Positions 32,707 through 38,510 of a DNA stretch of 38,510 bases are shown in pieces; positions within the stretch are counted from its first letter, which is position 1, and each line of letters starts with the position of its first letter. Made by a program: the position numbers and the translations under genes. This DNA comes from Octopus sinensis (taxonomy: Eukaryota). The notes under the pieces were generated by a model. That model ran no database searches. It saw nothing but the letters and a program-made list of their open reading frames with translations, and had not been told where the DNA came from. The stretch spans positions 1-38,510 of the forward strand of contig NW_021835850.1 of NCBI RefSeq assembly GCF_006345805.1. Direction: 5' to 3'.

Positions 32707-34645
32707 CACTAGACTATGCGCCGGACCATTAATTCTTCGTAGAGCTGTGACTCAAATTGTGGAAGCAGTGGCGTGTAGTTGATTGTGCCGCGACTTTGGT
32801 ATTTTACTGGTACTGCATTTTCGGAAAGCGTTACAGAACAACAAACCACCACCACCACCACCATCACCACCACACATACAAAGACAAAAAACATTTGGTA
32901 GGGGGGGGGAGAAACTAGATCAAATAAAGAATTCCATTGAAGTGGAACCTTTTAACTCGAAATGCAGAAACGCAGAAGATAAATAATGCAACATTGAATC
33001 GGCTGCTGCAATCGTTTCTGTCAACTCGCTGCTACACATAATTCGTGTGTTCAGTATCGATTTTCAGATACGAAAAAGTAAACGAAAAGTCAATAGTCAA
33101 AGAAAACCGAATTCACTATCATCATTATTATTATTATCGCCGCAGGATCAATATGTAATTTGGTGTATAAATGGTAACTTAAAGAAGCAATGAATATCTT
33201 ACTCAACCTGGGAGTATTACCATATTTTTATGTATATTTCATATATCGATGATTTCTTTGCTTTTTATATTATTTTAAATACCTGACTGACATTTGAAAT
33301 ACAAGATTTCTGATTTATGGCTTTTTAATGTTATTCTTCAAGTTTATTTTCATTTAGTTTATATGTTTTATTTCAGTTTCTTTTCCTTTACTCTGTATGT
33401 GTATTTTTTTAAAATCCATTATTTCTGCATACGTGCGTTTTAAAGATGTGTGTGCATGTGTATATACATATGTACATATATAAAAACATACACGCTTACA
33501 CATATATGCACGCACACACATACACTCCAACACAGACAAGCAAATATATATATATATGTATATATATATATATGTGTGTGTATGTGGGGTGTTTGTGTGT
33601 GTGTATACCCGTATTTTTATTATATATTATGCAATATGTGTATTGTGATTGATGATATATATGTATGTATATATATACATATATATGTGGGTGTGTGTAT
33701 CATTTTGCGTGTTTATGTTTGAGTGTATGCATGTTTTTATTTTTACTATTATATAAAACATTTTGTATATTTTACATATATTATCCATAATATACATATA
33801 TAAATATTTGTGCGTGTACATATATATATATATATATATATACAATGTCTGTATATATGTATATATATATGCATGTACATATAAATATGTATAAACATAT
33901 ACACATATATGTACAATTATATATATATATACACGCCTATGTCTATATATCCTATGTCTATATATACTCACATATATACATGCATGCATACACACATACA
34001 CACACATTATATATATATGTATGTATGTATATATATATATATATGTATACACACACATGCACACGCACGCGCACACACACACACACACACACATACACCA
34101 CACACACACACACAAACGCACACACATATGTATATGACACAAAATTTTACAGCATGTATTGCTAGACTTTATTTATTCGCTCTCAGCAGATGACGCACCC
34201 CGTCGTCGTCATCTCGAATTTCTAGCTTACGAGATTTCTTTGTCGCCTGAATGAACACAAAAGGATGAGAGACATCAATAAACTTCTGGTAAAGAATGGA
34301 ATTTTTGGTGTTTGTATTTTACCTGGTTGTATTTACCGATATCATTCCTGGACCACAATTCCAGAAAATTACACGTTGGTCAAAGATCATTCACATTATT
34401 TCAGAAGGGTTCATTATTCACATCTCATTACCTCCAGAACGTGGGTGTCTTTTGAATGTATTTGTGTCTTCTCTCATAGCTGTAACAGAATTTTTCAATG
34501 GTGCGTTCTCCGTTCGTATTACATAATGACATAATGATATCCGTATCGAGATATTTTGATATGTCTCATGAGTGTAATCTGAATTCGCAAATACGTATAT
34601 ATGAATAGATAAGTGCGTGTGTGAATGTCCGTGTGTTTGTGTGTG

Positions 34646-34677
<32 letters not shown>

Positions 34678-34700
34678 CAAAAACAAACCAACATCGAAGG

Positions 34701-34746
34701 TATAGTAGAAGACACTCACCCAGGTTCTACGCAGTGATACACACAC

Positions 34747-34789
<43 letters not shown>

Positions 34790-35066
34790 GATATATATAT
34801 ATATATATATATATCACTGCGTGGGTGAGTGTCTTCTACTGTAGCCCCGGTGTGTGTGTGTGTGTGTGTGTGTGTTTGTCCCCATCATCGCTTGACAACC
34901 GATACTGGTTTGTTTACGTCCCCGTAACTTAGCAGTACGGAAAAAGAGGCCGATAGAATAAGTACTGGGCTTACAAAGAATAAGTCCTGGGATTGATTTC
35001 TTCGATTAAAGGCGGTGCTCCAGCATGGCCGCAGTCAAATGACTGAAATGAATGAATAAAAGAATA
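34701..35066 (+). mobile_element. Rearranged SINE family A: inverted duplication of the body plus 3' half
   Basis: 34701-34739 and 34812-34843 are inverted copies around a microsatellite. 34875-35066 is the normal family A 3' half. Confidence 0.82.
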
Positions 35067-35114
35067 TATATATATATATGGGTAGGAGAATTTCTGTGGC
35101 TAGAGGGAGTATTT

Positions 35115-35160
<46 letters not shown>

Positions 35161-35385
35161 GTGTGTTGCGCTCGCGCGTGTGTGTACACACATAGTAAGT
35201 GCGGGAAAATCTAAGAATTTTTTTTTTCCTATCTCAAAAAAATTTATATATCCTTTTGTTTAATGCCGGTTTATATATGCATTCAATGGACGATAGATAA
35301 ACCTAATACATACGTCACAACTATATGACAAAATGATATATAATACCATCAGAAGATTATTTTGCTATCCATTTCAATGACACAC

Positions 35386-35391
35386 AATATA

Positions 35392-35426
<35 letters not shown>

Positions 35427-35529
35427 GATATATTATATATATATATATATTATATGTAATATATATGTATATATATATATGTGTATATATATATATATAT
35501 ATGTGTAATATATATATATATATATGTAT

Positions 35530-35575
<46 letters not shown>

Positions 35576-35686
35576 TATATGTAATAATATGTATATGTAT
35601 ATATATATGTATATTATATGTATATATATATATATGTGTGTATATATATATATATAATATATAATATATATATATATAACATATAC

Positions 35687-35785
<99 letters not shown>
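35386..35785. repeat. Long interrupted (TA)n microsatellite
   Basis: Visible directly. Confidence 0.95.
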
Positions 35786-36140
35786 TTTCTTAATTCATGC
35801 TACAAACCGGAAAAATTGCTGAATACATGTATATGGGTCTTAGCTATTCAATGGCACCGAAATCTTCTCTCCATCAAGATCACGAATTGCTCGCCTGAAC
35901 AGATAACTTTGTCGCATGAACCAACACACATAAGCAAAAAACTTTGAAACTTCTGAACACACACACACGCTCACACACACACACACACAAACACAAACAC
36001 AAACACGCACGCAATCACACACACATATGTGTCACTATACCTATATTCTTTTACTTGCTTCAATCATTTTGACTTCGGCCATACTGTTATGTGTCTGTGT
36101 GGTTTGTGTGTGTGCGTGTGTGTGTTTCTGTGTGTGTGTG

Positions 36141-36181
<41 letters not shown>

Positions 36182-36442
36182 TGTGTGTGTTTGTGGGTGT
36201 GTGTGAATGCATATAAACATACATTATAAAAGCATGCATACGAAAAAGTAATGATTGATTCTCTGATATACAAAAGAGATAAGTATATTTATTATATGTG
36301 TGCTGTTGGAGTAAAGAAAATATAGTTATGAAACTTTTGTAGAATTGATAGAGCTTAGTATGAAAAACCACACTGAGTTTGTTCCGATTGTCTGTACTCC
36401 GAGTTCAAATATCACGTTGTTCAACTTTGAATTTCATAAAAA

Positions 36443-36850
36443 TGTGTGGTAAGTAGCTTGTTTACCAACCACATGGTTCCGGGTTCAGTCCCACTGCGTG
36501 GCACCTTGGGCAAGTGTCTTCTACTATAGCCTCGGGCCGACCAAAGACTTGTAAGTGGATTTGGTAGACGGAAACTGAAAGAAGCCCGTCGTATATATGT
36601 ATATGTATATGTATATGTGTATGTGTGTGTGTTTGTGTGTCTGTGTTTGTCCCCCTAGCATTGCTTGACAACCGATGCTGGTGTGTTTATGTCCCCGTCA
36701 CATAGCGGTTCGGCAAAAAGAGACCAATAGAATAAGTACTAGGGCTTACAAAGAATAAGTCCCGGGGTGGAGTTGCTCGATTAAAGGTGGTGCTCCAGCA
36801 TGGCCGCAGTAAAATGACTGAATCAAGTAAAAGAGTAAAGAGTAAAAGAG
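36443..36850 (+). mobile_element. SINE family A, near full length
   Basis: TGTGTGGTAAGTAGCTTG...GGTTCAGTCCC...CACCTTGGGCAAGTGTCTTC, microsatellite, 3' half and GAGTAAA(A) tail. Confidence 0.92.
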
Positions 36851-36890
36851 ATACCGGAAGTACTCATCAGTATAAATTAGCATTATACTA

Positions 36891-37345
36891 CAAGGGTGGG
36901 CTGAAAAACTCATAGGCTGACTATGAAGGAATGATGCTAGAGTTGTGAAATCTTGTACGCATTAATTTCACGTCTCCTTATTGATAACGATATTGTTTCT
37001 TTCCAGTTTGATTGCTATCTGACTTTTCAAAGGAAACTTCAAATGTAACTAGTAGCGACTTCTCTTGAAAATGGACAAAATTTGATATCGTTGCAGAAGT
37101 CCCAACAACATTCTCGCTGATATGGCTGGTACGTTAAGAGATGACGATCCAGCTTTATCAACGGCAGAAGTGGGCATCTGAATTTTAAAGTAGTAACGAA
37201 AGTCTTGAACATGACCAAAGGTGTGGACTTTCTAAAACTGCCACCACAAAGGAAAACATTGACCGTGTTCACCACATGGTGATGGACGGCAGGCGATTGA
37301 CTATCAGCTCAAATAGCCAGAGCTGTTTGCATATCCCGTGAGAGA
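36891..37345 (+). mobile_element. Mariner element 5' portion (left end + degraded transposase N-terminus)
   Basis: TA|CAAGGGTGGGCTGAAAA terminus, ATG at 37071 (MDK) and KTATTKENIDRVHHMVMDGRRLTI (37234-37305). Frameshifted, and a different lineage from 18760-19125. Confidence 0.8.
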
Positions 37346-37480
37346 TCCAACTGCTTCCGTTCTGCGCTCAAATATTACCACAGCATAACCTGATGAAAGA
37401 GTTAATCTAGATACCTACCCCAATGCTTGCGTTCGAATGAGCTCCGCGAAATGCACCATAACATGGCTTTCGACGGAGGA

Positions 37481-37578
37481 CGCCTTTGCCTTTCATTCTT
37501 TCGGGGTCGAAAAAATAAGTACCAGTTGAGCACTGAGTTCGATGCAATTAAATTGCTGGCCTGGTGCCAAAATTTGAA
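37481..37578 (+). mobile_element. SINE family B Meta-like domain fragment
   Basis: CTTTGCCTTTCATTCTTTCGGGGTCGAAAAAATAAGTACCAGTTG. Confidence 0.75.
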
Positions 37579-38007
37579 GTAGTTACGTGTGACTGTTTAT
37601 ATCAAAACAACGATTCGAATGGTTTTATCAATGACTGATATCAACTATTAATTCCTGAATACGTATTAGACCAGGATCGAACAAAGAACTTCATTTCTTA
37701 ATGAAGTTCGGTAAAGATCTTGTACAGTATGCCAATAACATATGTATATGCACTGGGACATTTTTATCCCATTCTTTTCGTGATTTTATTCGTCTCAGTA
37801 ATTTGATTGCTGTCATGCTGGGGCACAACGTTCATCTCATTAAGTTGACAAATAAAATCATACACTCGCACAGACAAACACGCACACACAGACACATACA
37901 CACACGTATGTACCTATCTAGATATATGTATGTATTTTCATATATAATATATATATATAATATATATATATATATGTATATTATATATATTACTTTCATA
38001 TATATAT

Positions 38008-38234
38008 ATTTCTTTATTGCCCACAAGGAGCTAACACACAGAGGGGACAAACAAGGACAGACAGACGGATTAAGTCAATTACATCGACCCCAGTGCATAA
38101 CTGGTGCTTTATTTATCGACCCCGAAAGGATGAAAGGCAAAGTCGACCTCGGCGAATTTGAACCCAGAACGTAACGACAGATGAAATACGGCTACGCATT
38201 TCGCCCGGCGTGCTAACGTTTCTGCCAGCTCGCC
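38008..38234 (-). mobile_element. SINE family B, full length
   Basis: Closely similar to 5197-5424 over its whole length. Confidence 0.92.
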
Positions 38235-38510
38235 ATACATACGTACATACATACATACATACATATATACAAACATACATACATACATACATACATACAT
38301 ACATACATGGAAATTTGTTACCAGTATGAAAGGCATATGCGTATGAAAGTCAGTCACTGTATTTTGCCATGGAGAAAATTTCTCGCTGTACACGAATAGG
38401 TGCAAATATACCAAGTCAGTTCGAAACAGCCTCTACCCAGACTTATGGAAGCCAGCATTTTGCAGTGGTTATCAATGCGGAGTATATAATACAGGAAGCT
38501 AACAGAAAAC

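Noticed and set aside
34190-34534. Overlapping ORFs 34265/34296, or an RTE endonuclease remnant (NTNGERTIEKFC, minus strand)
   Set aside because: No recognisable protein in the plus frames, and the minus-strand motif is isolated. Left unassigned pending blastx.
36851-36875. Minus-strand CTGATGA-GTAC-TTCCG-GTAT as a hammerhead cut by a SINE
   Set aside because: There is no stem I, and the sequence on the other side of the SINE looks like a decayed Meta-like SINE fragment, so the match is probably chance.
37389-37415. CTGATGA-AAGAGTTAATCT motif
   Set aside because: No GAAA or stem III follows.

Overview
This is repeat-saturated, AT-rich animal genomic DNA. The mix of tRNA-derived SINEs with CORE-like and Meta-like middle domains and dense (TA)n/(TG)n/(TATC)n/(TATG)n microsatellites resembles octopus (coleoid cephalopod) sequence; that taxon call is inference, not a database result. 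No complete host protein-coding gene is visible, and most ORFs in the supplied track are microsatellite read-throughs. Recognisable content: (1) three degraded Penelope-like retroelements (RT + GIY-YIG motifs recovered by hand across frames at about 1930-4054 +, 4950-6645 -, 14110-15690 +). The first is split inside a conserved motif by a younger, stop-free, 5'-truncated CR1-type LINE (2548-3451 -). (2) A second CR1 3' end, an RTE fragment, two mariner fragments, several non-autonomous Helitrons, a hAT-type MITE and about 20 SINE copies or fragments. (3) Many long inverted-repeat (foldback) elements. Four unrelated repeats carry hammerhead-ribozyme geometry: one intact minimal core at 13263-13308, one 76-bp-arm palindrome with a U4C hammerhead on each strand, one decayed core at the apex of a ~170-bp stem, and one decayed core with perfect stem I at 784-821. 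(4) A CpG-rich unique stretch at about 22190-22620 with outward-facing splice donors, possibly a bidirectional promoter. Hammerheads in Penelope pseudo-LTRs and retrozymes are established biology; what may be new is these particular foldback families. All identifications are by eye.
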